From Camelus dromedarius (lineage: Eukaryota), in contig NC_087437.1 in the NCBI RefSeq assembly GCF_036321535.1, positions 42,720,001-42,784,000 of the forward strand: a stretch of DNA of 64,000 bases. The letters run 5' to 3'. The position numbers and the translations under genes were made by a program. This document shows, one piece after another, positions 1 to 13,515 of the stretch. Below the pieces are notes generated by a model. The model was not told the origin of the DNA and searched no databases. It saw only the letters and a program-made list of their open reading frames with translations. Position 1 is the first letter of the stretch, and every line of letters begins with the position of its first letter.

Positions 1-1254
1 AGCAGGGGATGCTGGCATCCCTGCTATCTAGAGAGAGGGTTGTGGGCTCCAGATGGGCATGTCCAGGATGCCCCACAGATGTCTGCTGTCTCTTTGTCTA
101 GTGAAGAGGGTCACAGCTTGGGGAAGAGAGTGCCCACAGAGTGGGGTCCTCTGAAAACTGGGGCCAAGGCTAAGGACCCTTTTTGCCTGGATTTAAGGGT
201 AATAGTGCCTTGAAACATCCAATCATAAATAAACCACAGTGTATTCTTTCTTTATTTCTTGCTAGACGTTAAACGCTATAAGGACAGGAATATGCCTTGT
301 TAATTCTTGCATCATAGGCTCCTAGCATAGTGCCTGTCATCAGTTAGGTACTTATAAATATTTTTGGAAGGAAACAATGCCAATCATTTTAAAAAGGGAC
401 TATACCTTTTAAAGTATATCTGTAAAATTTATAAAAATTATAATGTTTTAGGGCTTAATAAATAATTTTAATTAAAATTCAAAGGTTTATAGGCTTCAGC
501 TTTTTTTACTGCATTGATATAAAACTGGAAATAAATAGCATGCATATAACCAAAACTCATACACACAGAAACTGAAACATCCTTTCAGATGGTAACAGAG
601 AGAAGGGAATATTTTAAAATATGACTAGATAATTAGGAAAAAAATCTGTATCTATGCAATATTCCTAACAGCATTTTCTATAAGAAAGAAAACTGGAAAC
701 ATTTGAAATCAGTGTTAATTGTGGAATGGTTATGGTATATCAAATTAATGAAGTACTGTAAGCCAATGAAATTATAATAATAAAAATTAATGATAATATA
801 AAAAATATGTGCAATGGAATTTTAAGTGACAAAAGTGCAATGTAAAATGTATAGCATGTATTTACAGTAACAGTTATTTTCGTATACGAACAAGATACAG
901 AAAAACAAAAATGACAGCAGCTGCAGCAGGGTGCTAGAACTGTGGTTCAAATTTTTCTTTTAAAAACAGTTTTAGGATATTATAACAAAACCTCTGCCCT
1001 AAACTAAAAATTAACTTAATTATACTAAATAAAACCACTTAGCTGTGAGTAGATGCTCAGTGCCAAAGTACATTTTTATAAGTTAAGAGACTTCTTTTAA
1101 TTAGTTTTTGTTTACTCTGCTCTATATGTTGATGTAACTTTATTTATTTAGAAAAGTAGATTAACTGAATTTTATACTCACACACACATGCTTATACACA
1201 GCTATATACATAAAATGGATATTTAAATGTAATTTATATGTTTTGATGTTTACC

Positions 1255-1700
1255 GAGATGAATTTAGAAACACTAGAGAAAGCCCAGAGGAAGGGGAATG
1301 TAACTTAAAATTGAAACTTCCCCTATGAAAGCTAAGGACTTCCAGCCTGGAGAAGAAAGACCCAGATTATTACTTCATACATGTCTTAGGTACAAAGCAC
1401 GCTCCTGTGGAGGAGACCACATTCATTCATTCAGTCAGTCAACAACTGTTTCTTAAGAGCCTGCTGTTTTAGGAGCCTGTACTTGATGCTGGGGAAGCAG
1501 AGATAAATAGTACTGGACAGGCTAGTGACCGTGGAAGCTATTGTGATGTCCTGATGGGAGAGAGTATTACCAGAGGATGTCACATTCAGGAAGGCAGATT
1601 TCAGTGAACTCAGACTAAATGCTTCTCCTGGTCAGAGCTGTTGATGGAGACCACATCAGCTGTCCCCTGCAAATTTAGCTTAGCTATTGAAATGTTCTTG
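1255..1700 (+). mobile_element. L3/CR1 3' remnant interrupted by an antisense L2 tail (~1420-1560)
   Basis: CR1-like words (cagcctggagaagaaagac; ggaaggcagatttcag) flank cattcattcattca...cttgatgctgggga, typical of an L2 3' end in reverse. Confidence 0.5.
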
Positions 1701-1719
1701 TCTGTGGAGGACTGAGGAA

Positions 1720-2200
1720 ATTAATACCCGAAAGGAAGCTTCAGGAAAGAACTGGGAGGCAGAGGAGGCCACGGAGTTAACAGCTGAGATGGAGAGCGTG
1801 ATTGCCTGTATCAGTGACAGCCGTCAGGGAAGAGGAGGGGAGGGCCCATTAGTTTCTGCAGGAAGCGAGCCAGCGGAGGCTCTGAAGAGGGGAGGCTGGG
1901 AATTTAGGGGACCTTAAGAAATGGTGGTGGCAGTTTGTGTCAGGACGTGAAAGGCAAGGATGGGGAGCTGTCACTGTCGGGTATAGTGTAGTGAGCCTTG
2001 TTGCAGTCAAGAGTGAGACAGGCACTAAGGGGACGATGATGAGCAGGAGGGAAGGGACTGGGACACCAGGCAGTAGGAAATGGGAAGGTGCCAATACATT
2101 GCTCTTCCTGGACTCAACACGTGCAGCCCTTTCTGCATGGCAGAGCTCGGATTGTGAGACCTGCTTGGAGATTTCTGACCTCAGCAGGTCATAAATTGGG
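1720..2200 (-). mobile_element. L2 internal fragment
   Basis: Purine-rich degenerate sequence resembling antisense L2 ORF; recognised by eye only. Confidence 0.4.
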
Positions 2201-2419
2201 GATTGTAATCACACTCCTTATTTTTCAACTGTGCTGCTTACTAGAAATCCTGTTGTTAACAGGTGCTGAAGAACTCCCTCAAAGAAAATTTCAAAACAAA
2301 AATAAAACAAAGAGAATGAAATCCAGAATAAAAAAAAAGAGAGAAAGCCTTATGCTTATGAGTTAAGGTGCTTCCACAAACACCACATCATGTCACCCTG
2401 AGATCAGAGACAGGGCAGC

Positions 2420-2540
2420 ACACTTTCATCCTTTCTTTGCAAATGAGGAAACTGAGGCTTAATGCTCACAGAGCTGCGATGGGGAAGGAGCCAGATTTAA
2501 AACGCAGGTTTTTCTGATTGCACTTCCTAACGGCCTCCCA
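2420..2540 (-). mobile_element. MIR
   Basis: tttgcaaatgaggaaactgaggctt ... ggagccagatttaaaacgcagg, the MIR core. Confidence 0.75.
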
Positions 2541-3871
2541 CTGAATTGCTGTAGCGTTTTTCCTGTCAAGGAAAGCTGCTGCAGTTTGTCATGCTCCTTG
2601 GCAATTTGTAAGTGCTCCTTTTGTCAGCATAGTGTACAAATTGATAAATTTAACTTGAGAGCAATGATCTATTGAAGCAGACGGATATGGTAAAAGAAGG
2701 GGTGGTGCTTTACTTCAGGTTTTCAGAATCGTTAATGGGATAAGAAATTATGAGTGGCAAGATTGTAATCACTACATATGTAGAGTATAAATGTCATCTA
2801 GTTGGCTTCTGAACAGCTCTCTTTTGTGAATAAAGACTGCCATCTTTCCCTGGGTCTGACGTCATCGCAATGTTGGTCTCAGGACAACAAGACAGGCGGA
2901 CATGGGCAACTCCCCTTATGAATTACCTCTCTTGGGGAAAAAGTTGCTCAAAGGGTATGTTGTATTGATATGCCATCATTTCTGCACATGGAGGCTAGAA
3001 TGTAGTTCATTTCTTTTTTCTTCTGACCTAGCTCATTTTTATCATTAGATAGTCTAATATTTTCCTTGTACCCTTCTCTGCTCTGAAAACTAGAAATACA
3101 TGTAATCAGTAGCTTTAACTTAAAAGAATGTCAGAAAAAGAGAGAATAGATGCATTAGCAAATTCATAAATGCTGATCCTTCTCATATCAGATGTAACCT
3201 TTTTAAAAAATTTTTTAATGGGTCTCTAACTTTTCAGCCATCTTTTGCTGTCAGAATGGGCTTGGATTTAATATGTAGAAATGAAGTTGTTTGTCTTCAC
3301 TTCTTAGGGAAGGCCCTCTCTCAGTCACTGTTTTCATAGAACAGCACTTCACGTTAGGGTCATATTGGCAACTGGTTTTCTTCATAATTTCCTGTTTGTA
3401 GCAGGGTTCTCACTAGTAAATTTACTAATATTTATTTCCTCATTATGAACTGTCAAGCTGTCTTTCTGCATTAGTCATTTGTTTATTAAATTACCCCCAA
3501 ATCAATATATTTTCATATGGAATTATCTGCTAGGTGAATAACAAGGAACAGAGTAGGCACTAGAAAAATGTCTAAATGCAGCGCGTAAATAAATGGAGGA
3601 TGGGCTGAACAAGTAAAAAAGTTGAAAAAATGGTATTTGAAAAGAGAAAATCCAATCTTTTAACTTAAAACTAATTGATTTTTCAAGTAATTTTTCAAAG
3701 AATTAGTCCCTACATTTAAGATACTATAGACCAGGTTATTAAAAGCAGATGCAGCATGTCTATATGTCAATATGGATACTGTGGACAATTTTCTGAGGTT
3801 CTCTGGTTTTTCTGTACTTCTTGCAAGCAAGGTAGTAACCATTGTTTGTTCTGGATTATCTTTTTTGTAAT

Positions 3872-3985
3872 TTTTAAAAATTGAAGTAAAGTTAGTTTCC
3901 AGTGTTGTGTTAATTTCTGGTGTACAGCATAATGTTTCAATTATATATATATATATATTCATTTTCATATTCTTTTTAATTATAT
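3872..3985 (-). mobile_element. L1 3' tip (artiodactyl/camelid type)
   Basis: aattgaagtaaagttagtttccagtgttgtgttaatttctggtgtacagcataatg; homologous to the L1 end at 20021-20130. Confidence 0.8.
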
Positions 3986-4059
3986 TTTTAAGGATACTTG
4001 TATATTGAACAGCCTTGAGGTAGTGTTTCCCTCTGGAAAAAAGGGAAGGCGTCCTTACT

Positions 4060-4340
4060 GCCCATTAGAAATGATTCAGGTTCCCTAAACTTGAGGTTCT
4101 TCCCCTGTCACACCATCCATGGTGGGGGTAGGTATCCATCAGGCCTCATCTGTGTCACCCCGGTGATGCAGCTGACGCAAATGTGATGACGTTCATTCTA
4201 ACTGCTGTGCCATGAGTAACAGAGCCTTTTGTCCATGACTCAGGAGTCTCACGCCTTCTACTGCCGTCCATGAACTCTGGCAGGCTATCCTGTCAGCTTG
4301 CAAGTCAAGTAATATCTCATACCCATCACCTTTCTTCACA
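4060..4340 (+). mobile_element. ERVL-class LTR fragment
   Basis: 3' end ggcaggcta...agcttgcaagt...atctcatacccatcacctttcttcaca resembles old ERVL LTR termini; family uncertain. Confidence 0.5.
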
Positions 4341-4384
4341 AGCTAGTACTTGAGAAGGAAGCACTTTACTAAGGCTGCAGATGG

Positions 4385-4755
4385 AAGTAAGGTTGCTGAT
4401 TGGCAGCCTTCAAGATACAGTGATTATGCCTGAATCATTTGGGTGAGCTCTGTATAATCACAAGGGTTCTTTGAATGTGGAAGAGCGGGCCGGAAGAGAC
4501 AATGTCAAAGTCAGGAGAGGTTTAAAAATGCTGCATTGTGGATCTGAAGATGAAGGAAGGCACCACGAGCCAAGGAATGCAGGCCGCCTCTAGAAGCTGG
4601 AAAGACAAGGAAACAGATGCTCCTGTGGAGCCTCCAGAAGGAATGCAGTCCTGCCAATGCCTTGATTTTAGTCCAGCGAGTCCCATTTAGTCAGTGAGAC
4701 TGATAATAGCGTTGTTTGTGGTCATTTTTTACAGCAACCATAAAACACTAATGCA
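4385..4755 (+). mobile_element. MaLR LTR (MLT1C/D-like)
   Basis: gagccaaggaatgcaggccgcctctagaagctggaaagacaaggaaacaga...gagcctccagaaggaatgcag...ctaatgca. Confidence 0.9.
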
Positions 4756-5049
4756 GAGGGGAGAGTGTTAAACTTTTCTGACAGGGAAAGCTTGGGGATT
4801 TTTCCTCCTTGCATGTTTGACTTACACTCATCCCTTGGGCTGCAGTTGAAATGTTCTACCTTTTCTAAGGAGAGCTCCTTGTTTTCTCTTCCTGAAATAG
4901 CCCCTGCTGATACTTTCTTTCATAGCACTGTGCTTTTTTGTAACAATTTCTACAAATTACAAATAAAATCAGGCTTTATTGTAATTTTTCTGTAGCTAAA
5001 ACATTATATATAGCTCAGGTTGAGATTGATAATTGTCTTTGTCTATTCT

Positions 5050-5492
5050 GGTTTTTTTTGGTGAAAGTGTGCCCTTTATTCTAAGAGTATAATCTCCCTA
5101 TATTTTTAATTTAAAATGTCCTTTAAATGAAATGATGTTAGAGGGCAGTGCAATTGACTCTTGAACAACAGATTAGAGGCTCCAACTCCCCACACTGTCA
5201 AAGATCCATGTATAGCTTTACAGTCAGCCCTCCATACCCTCTGTTCCTCATCCATGGATTCAACCAACTGTGGGCCATATAGTGCTGTGAAAAACATCTG
5301 TGGAAAACATTTGCATGTAAGTGGACCTGTGCAATTCAAATCAGTGTTGTTCAAGGGTCAATTGTAGTTCCTTTTTTTTTTTTTTCTCTTTTAAATGTCT
5401 TTTCTTGGCTAATAAAATATTGGCCACCTATATTGATCCCTATTTTGAAAATATTGTACTGATACATGAAATAAAAAATCTGGGAACCACAG
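5050..5492 (+). mobile_element. hAT-Charlie non-autonomous element split by a Tigger MITE
   Basis: Ends with the TIR-like tctgggaaccacag and shares words (cctttattctaagagtat / cttcattctgagagtat) with the element at 18984-19385. Confidence 0.5.
5151..5364. mobile_element. Tigger1-derived MITE (TcMar-Tigger)
   Basis: TIRs caattgactcttgaacaaca ... tgttgttcaagggtcaattg. The right end is followed by TA and the left flank is TG (a mutated TA). Confidence 0.9.
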
Positions 5493-7124
5493 CTCTCGAT
5501 GCTGTCAGATGCCACGTATTGTCGTAGCATTTCATTTTCCCCTCAATGGAACACACACCACATTTTGTTTTCATTGCTTCTTCATTTCTGAACTAGAATT
5601 CTCATGAAGGGAGAGAACATGACTGCCTCGGATTCCGTTCCCAGAGCCTAATGCAGTGCCTGGCATAGAACAGGCATACAGTAAAAATTTGTGGAATGAC
5701 ATAGGATTATGAAATAAAACTTTCCCAGAGATTAATATGTATATGATGGTACTATAAGTCTTAAGAGTATATTCAGCATGCAAATGCTGCAAGATAAAAA
5801 CCTTCCAAAGTTATACATTTTGAGATGAAAACAGAGCCATTGCTTTTGTATGCTCCTAAAATTATACTTACAGTTCCAAATCAATGACCTCAAAAGATAT
5901 TGATACTCCTAATAAAGATTTCTATGTAAAAGATTTCTTTTAGAGCTCAGTAGTAATAAACAGACTGTCTCTTCTCATGGATCAGTATTATTTAAAATCA
6001 GTAAATGTTCCTTTTCTCTTTTCACCTTGGCTCCTGGTAAACACAGAATACTACTTTGTGCTCTTCTGGAGTAGCAAAGAGCACAGATTAGGTTTTCTGA
6101 TTATTGAATTTCTTATTTCCCACCCTACTTCCTCTGCCTCTTCCCTGTTTGGTTCCCTTTTTGACTTGTGTTCCTTTGCTCTTATTTTCACTATGTTTCT
6201 TTATAGAGTAAGCCAACACACGTACTTTCTGAAAAAAAAAAATTAAGGTACTAACTGGCTCACGCACTGATGTATTGAGGCTCTGGTACATGAGTTTTCA
6301 TGATGGCTAGGCTTGTCCTACACTCTTCCCTCTAATCTTTGTCTGATTTTCTCCCAGTAAGAACAGCATCCAATTTCCCACTGTGCAGTTTACCTGGTGA
6401 CTATTTAGATAAGTGAATCATAAATGTTTAAAGCCAAATTCCCTCTTGGATGTGATACTCTTCTCCATAATGTTTTAAAAAGAAAAGTGATTTTGAGCTA
6501 AAGGGGAATTGTAAGTGTACAGTTGTGAACATTCAGTAAATGACCATAAAGGACAGATATGTGTTTCCCAGCAGGTATATGTATTTACAAGCTGAAATGT
6601 ACAAGGGCAGGTTTTCTTATGAAATGATACTAGAAATATTAAAATTAGGTCTAACCAAAAGATATTTTAAAGGGATTTGAATGAATCTATATTTTTATCT
6701 CCAGTTACTTATGAAAAGTAAAAATGAAAGGAATATAAGCTCTTTCATTGGATCATGCATTAATAAATACAGTAAGTGGCTTTATGAGAGTTTTTAAAAT
6801 TTTCTTTAGTATCAGACCCCAGTTTCAGTGAGGTGGGAGTTGGGAGGGCAAATAAGAATGGAACAAGCTTCTTCTAAAAGAATGTGACAGGCAGGCCACT
6901 GGGGTGAGTCATAGGCCCTCCATAGTAGCCTCAGAACAGTTCCTTTTTACCTTCCTAAATTTATTGCACTCATATTCAGCCATTGGTTGTAGGCATCTGT
7001 TCAGGTTATTGTGTGCCCTTTTTATGATTATGTTGTCATTTGGCTATGTTGATTATAAAATATTTTGAATATCGCTCATGGTTGCATGTACAATTTTATT
7101 TGAAAATGGGCTTCACTGCTAAGA

Positions 7125-7360
7125 GGCAGCATTACGTAGTGGTTATAGTTACTATGTGTTTGGAATCACATAAGCCTAAGTTCAGGCTCTAACTGACACT
7201 TACAGTTAGGTTGACCTTAAGCAAGTTATTTGACTTCCCAGAGCCTTAGTTTCCTTCTCTGCAAAATGGGGCTATTATCCCACTTCTTTGGGTAGTTGTG
7301 AGGACTGAAAGAGGTGTAGGTGGTAAACAGCTGGCATATACTAACCACTTAATAAATGCT
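7125..7360 (+). mobile_element. MIR (near full length)
   Basis: gaggcagcattacgtagtggtta...gaccttaagcaagttatttgacttcccagagccttagtttcct...gcaaaatgggg. Confidence 0.9.
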
Positions 7361-8499
7361 GACTTAAGCACACAGACAACAAAACAAATCTGAGCTAAGA
7401 CTATACCTCAAAGTATTTGAATGGAAGCAATTTCAGGACAATAGAAAACTCTTCTTTTTTTTTTTTTTTTTTTTTTTTTGGCCACGTATGAAAGTGTTTC
7501 TTTTCTCCTTTGCATCTTAGAGATGAAGAATGAATGAAAATAATTTTGAAATCTATCTATGTATCTGTAACCTCCCTATAGATGTCTGATACTTTTTAAA
7601 AAACAGTAATCCTGGAAGCAGTTGCTACTCAGAGTTCAGCACTGGCCTTCTGATGTCATAAAGGAAAAACAGCCTTTCTGTCAAGTCACTCTTACCATCA
7701 GAGAGAGTCCCAAGTTGGGTATCATGGTTGACTTGGCCATTATTGACAGTCTTTTTATTTCTTATTCTGGAATGAATATGTAAGAGAAGGAACCACATTA
7801 TTTTTCTATTGGAAATCAATGGTTTGTATCAGGCACTAATTAAAGTGTAACTCTCTCAACAAAATTTAACAAGGAAAAATTCACCCAGAATTGATATAAC
7901 TGTGCTACTGTATGCTACCTATAAAACACCCTAGTAGATGAACATTGCAAGTGAAATCTTCCTCTAGCTAGCTATTAACCTCTACTGTGTTTATTTTTCC
8001 TCTCAGGATTGTCTAGGAAAGATGACGATGCTAGACCTAGTGCATTAGAAAGAACATCAAAATCTAAAGTGTTACAATCTCAAATAATATACAATTTCTA
8101 AATTGCCAAAGATTTTACAGTCTCTAAATATAAGAGAAATTATGCTTTTATACAAGAGCCATACTACTAATAAAGAGCTTTCTGACTTTTTTATAGACTA
8201 GGAATTTTTTTTCTAAATGTTATTGCTTAACTACTATCCCATTTCTTGAAAATATGGGCATGCACTTCATTTTAGAGACATTTACCTCACACTGCAAGGA
8301 ACGGCCAATCAGGTCAGCACAGGCACTGCTGAAGGATGGTAATTGAGTTCTAATGCAAGTTTATAGCCCAACACAGATTAAAAGGGAAGTTATTTTCTCC
8401 TACTCTGCAAAGAATTACCAGAATTATACAGGGGAAAACTTATTTGCCCAAAAGGTACTTTTCAAACTTGTTTTGAATTTAAAACTACTGCACTCCTAA

Positions 8500-9205
8500 G
8501 ACAAACACCAACAACCCTTTAGAAATTTGGGGTTTATAGCACAGAAGTAGAAATACACAGAGAAGCAAATGCAAATGATTCTTAAACATAGAAAAAGATT
8601 CACAACTCACACACAATAAGAGAAATGAAAATTTATCTTGTACTCCGATTTATAAAAAGTCTATAATTTTGGAAAAGATTAAAAAATTTGATGACATACT
8701 GACTGATTTGGTGAGAATAATAAAAAAAACTTCTCACATGGCTGATGGGAGTGTATCAATGATATTTGTTAAAATTTCAAATGTGAAAACTCTTGGCTTC
8801 TAACTTAAGGAATGTATCCTACAGACATGCTTGTGTTCATACAAAATGATCTATATACAAGGTTATTCACTGCAGCACTGTTTCCAAACACTGGAAACAG
8901 TCCAAATGTTCATCATATGAGGAATATGTATCTTCAATATAATGGAATGTTATATAATGGTAAAGAGGTTAAATATGATATAGAACAGCCTCTAAGACTT
9001 ACTTTTAAGTAAAAAAAAATAAAGTTGAAGAAAGAATATTGTGTACTACTACCATATTGCTTATATTTACTAACTTAAAAGATAAACAGTGGTTGCCCAT
9101 TGGAGGGGAATTGGCTGTTTGGAGATAGGGCTAGAAAGGAGACTTTCCATTGCATACTATTTCATACCTCTTGAATTTTAACTATGTGAATATTTTACCT
9201 ATTTA
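8500..9205 (+). mobile_element. Old L1 (L1ME-like) ORF2 end and 3' UTR
   Basis: ggctgatgggagtgta...aggaatgtatcctacagac...tacaaggttattcactgcagcactg...tgaattttaactatgtgaatattttacctattta. Confidence 0.8.
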
Positions 9206-10949
9206 AAACAATGAGTGAGAAACGTCAAATACGTAATACAAACGCGGTGAGTGGCCTCCCCCCACTTGTGGTGGTCACGCGGTGTGTGGGTGAGCTGATG
9301 AGTGCCCTGAGGATTCCACTGTGCACGTTACTGTTGTCAGGATGCACTTAAGTGGAGGTCAAAAACCCATCACAGCCACCTACACCTCTCTCCAGCTTCA
9401 CCTAAGCCTTTCAGCATTCATTTTCATTTTTTTCATCTTCCTCCTTTGACAGCCTAAATTAACTAGTGGCAGTGGCCACAACTGTGTGATGCCGTAAATG
9501 AATGTCCCCATGTGTAAAACCGTGTTCTCTGGACGCCTCCTCTGAGAAGAACTCCGCCTAAATCCATCACTTAGCAGTAGGGAACTTCTTTAGAATGCAC
9601 CCTCACTGTTCATGCCACTAAAGCAGAGAGAAATATATAATAACTCAACTTTAAAGTAGCTGTGAGGACAGCTCTCTGTGGGAGCCAGAGATGCTGAGCA
9701 GGACCCTGGTGCCAGCAACGGCTTTCTGTGCTCTAAGATGACATATGTCTCCGGTGTTAGAGAGCATACTATTTTACTTACTTCTTTTGCTTAAGTGGAT
9801 GCTTGATTGCTGCTCTCATAATGCATACAAATGGTAGGACGTTTCATTTCAGATTAGTATCAGGGCTGAGCTACTTTAAACTATCCTCAGGTACCTTTTT
9901 TTGGTCCACTGCTGAGTGAAGGTTTACAGTTAAAAAAATGATTAAAAACAAAAGAACCAGTTGTAAAGTTACCAGCTTTCAACATTCACACCTTATGAAG
10001 GCATCAGAAAGTGTGAATATTGACTGTTTCATTAGTTTTCATTTTTCACTATTACGCTTGGTATTTCAAAACGTTCATTTGTTGTGTTTAAAACTTTACA
10101 TGCCAACAAATAATTATCACCCTATCTCAAAGCCAGTGCTCTAGGAAGCATCCCAAATAGAGTGTACTAAAAGCATGGAGTATAAACACGTATGTATGCG
10201 TATGTGCGCGCACACACACACACAATGTTAATAAAGTCACCAGAACTCTTATTTATCAACATTTTAAATTACTTTTTTAAGTGCTCAAAGTAAATTAGGG
10301 TAATTCTTTTGTTAAAAAAGGTGTGCTTATTCATGTATTGATATGATTCCTCCTCAGCACTCATAAACAATTATTCAGTACTATTAGGAATATCAAAAAC
10401 CAAGAGAAATCCAATAAATATAAGTGAACATATCAAGATACACAAACAACCTTGCTGACTGACTTTAAAGGCATATTATAAGATTATGCGATTTATCATT
10501 GTAGCAGTTTATGTAATGCTAATAACCCTTCCTGTTTTTCAGTTAGTGCAATCCATGTATAGAAATAAAAGACACAGGAGAGGTACAAGTAACAAAAAGA
10601 ACATTCCCTTTACATTTTGCTGGGTATGAAAACCTGCCTTCCTCCTTTCCTTCAGAATAAAGCTTGCTGAGCTGTCCCTGACTGAGCACAGGTGGATTAC
10701 ATACTCACCTTCACCTGGGCTAGACTGTGGACCAGTCAGAATGCAGAGAAGGGATAATTCACACTTGCTGCCCCAAGCATGTTTCAACCCCTCATCGCCT
10801 CTTTGAATGAGACACTCCCAGTCTCATTCCAGTTGTGCTTTGTGGCTTCTCTCTGAGACCACTTCTCCCACTGTGGCCTTCTCTCGTGTTCATGGTCCCT
10901 TCCCACTGTAAACAAATCACCCCATGCCCTTTTTCTCAAGAGGCTGAAT

Positions 10950-13150
10950 GTTTTTTATGTTCTTCAATTTAAGCTGGACCTTCCAAGGAGCCCACTCCTC
11001 TATAGCCCCTGTCACATGGGGTTTTTGTCCTTCTTGTCTCTTAGCTCAGTGTCACAGAACATTATGTTCTTTAGCCATTCTACCCTCTCTAATCTGTCAT
11101 CTACCAGACTTGATTATTCCCCCACATTTACTAAGAGTTGACGCCTGGATGACAGTTCCTCTTTGCTCTTTGTCCCAACATCATCCTGAGTGACTTCAGA
11201 CCCAGCTGTGGATGACTCACCTAATATCCTGACCTCTCACTTATTTTTTTAAAACTCCTGAACTCTTCTCACTAATAACCCAGTCTCATGGAACATAACC
11301 TGTCAAATCTTACACTCCGATACCACTCCTTGACCAAACCTCTTGGTTCTTCAGCTCTTTCACTCCCTTAGCCTCAGTTACCTTTCCTTCAATGGTCAGT
11401 CCCTGGACCACTATATACCCTCTCAGATCGAACGCTCTCTTCTGTCCTTTCCTGCCCAGCCCAGACCCACAGTTCACCATTATAATCACTCTCTCATCAT
11501 TAGTCACAATAATTCTGTCCTCTGATCCATTTCATCAAAACCTAAATTCTGAGTCAATGAAAACTTTTGGATGGTCAGAGACACAATGTAGAAAATCACA
11601 TAACTTTGCAGTTTGTTGTCACTATAGATTCATGGTCCCTCATAGAGAGGCCTTGAATCCACTGCTTTAACCCTATTTAGCCTTTGTTTAGTTTGTCTCT
11701 ATTGTCTGTCCAATCTTTTTCAAATTCTTCAACTGCTTTCAACTCAATTAAAAAAATCTAAAAATTCTCTCAATTTACCCTCCGCCCATAAAAACTCTTC
11801 CTTCCTATCTCAGTGAAACAGGTTCCCATGTGTTCAAATCTAACCTTTCAATTTGTTTCCAGACCCCCATCCCTTAATACTTTCTTAGGCGATCTCACAC
11901 CTTTTCATTACTTTTATTCTGTCTGTGGACTTTTTCAATATAATCCTGTCCAGTATCCATATCCTTAAAAAATATGAAAATCAGCCCATCACTCTATATT
12001 CTCTTTGACCTACTGTTGCATTTCTTCTTTCCATTCAAGCTAAATGTTTTGAACTCTTTTCCTGCTTCTTCCCTTTCCAACCTCATCATTGCTTCTGGCA
12101 GTTGGCTATATTGAGAAAGGCTGTGTCCTGCAAGCACAGCTTTCCCTTTGATTACAAGCAATGAAATCAGGCATTATTTGCAGGTGATGGTTTATTCTTT
12201 TAACAGAAATTATTGAGATTATATCATCTGTGCTCAATCATATAATGAGACAAAGATTTATTGTGTCATTTTGTGAAATTATGCTTGCTTAATTCTAGTC
12301 CACATTTTAAACATGAGACGTATGAACATGGTTAGTCTAACTTTTCAGATCTAAACTACTTCCTTCCCAGGCTTGCTAAACTAGTGCCCAGTCCCAGTCT
12401 TGACTTCTAGTTGAGTTGCAGTGATAGCCATTAAAGTTGTTATCTTCATGGACATCTGACAGCTAATGATTATTTTTTACTCTTAATGCTACCTTTAGAA
12501 ACTCTGTAACTAGATGTTTTCCCAAAGACTCCAGTCCATGAGGAGCAACGTCTTAGGGTTCTTGCTTCATTAATTTAGTCTCATTCTTTCTTAATCTGAG
12601 AGGTGGTCTTTTCTTAGTTATTCACGTTCTCTAGGATTATTTCCTCATCCCTCTTTCTTATTACACTTCAGGTGGCACCAGTTATGAATGATACCTCCAA
12701 ATATCTATCTTTGGTTGGGAACTCTCTGCTACACTTCCTGCGTGCCTCTAACCAACAAATGTGCTGCCATCACCTGAACTTGCCACCAGCCTTCACACAA
12801 AACACATCCAAAATTGTATTCATCCTCTTCTTTAAGTGTGCTCACGTTCCTGAGTTGGTGGCACTTTGATCCTTAGAAAATGCTTCTTTGTTTCTCACCT
12901 GCCACCAAAATGTGAACATTTTTCTTACTCCCTTCCTCCCCCATTCCTCCTCCCATCCTTCTTTTCTTCCTTCCTTCCATCCTTTCTCCCTTCCTTCCTT
13001 CTTTCCTTTGTTCCTTCCTTCTTTCCTTCACTTTGGTTTCTCCTCTTTATACTTACTATTGCTTATCTGGGTCTACCTTTTACTTCTCTCACCTAGATTA
13101 TCACAAGTATAACCTCCCATCGGCCTCTAGTCTTTTCCCTCTCAAATCTG
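10950..13150 (+). mobile_element. L2 fragments (discontinuous)
   Basis: Pyrimidine-rich L2-like sequence, e.g. ttatgaatgatacctccaaatatctatct, cacctgaacttg, ctcacctagattatcacaag. Confidence 0.6.
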
Positions 13151-13159
13151 CCTCCAAAC

Positions 13160-13226
13160 CAGTGGCTTTCAAATATTTTTGACCAAGATCCATGATAAGA
13201 AATGTGTTTTACATCACAGTCAAGAT

Positions 13227-13263
<37 letters not shown>

Positions 13264-13515
13264 GAGAGTACAAAAAAAGGACCTATTTTTCTTTATCCTA
13301 GCTACCATTCTATTTATAGATAGATATAGATATACCTGGATACATAACAGGAACAAAATTTTCACAGAGTAAAACTTATCTTCCAATATTCCACAAATTC
13401 TGATATTTTCCATTGTATCTCAGGTCAATTCTATTGATTTAAGTTAAATGTAATGTTGGTCACAGTTCATTAAATTGATTTCATAGCCCAGTAATAGGCT
13501 ATAACCCAGAGATGA
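13160..13515. mobile_element. hAT-Charlie relic containing a (CA)n tract
   Basis: Starts cagtggctttcaaatatttttgacc (hAT TIR-like) and ends ...ggctataacccag. Confidence 0.55.
13231..13259. repeat. (AC)n microsatellite
   Basis: Read directly from the sequence. Confidence 0.95.

Noticed and set aside
7455..7500. T-run plus ggccacg as a truncated SINE
   Set aside because: Similarity stops within a few bases and no TSD is seen; treated as a simple poly-T.
9253..9275. CTCF-like motif (another at ~55278-55292)
   Set aside because: Two or more mismatches at core positions.
10703..10730. 16-nt micro-exon candidate (cacAG|...AAG|GTGAGT)
   Set aside because: Frameshifting, no SPATA16 homology, no supporting evidence.
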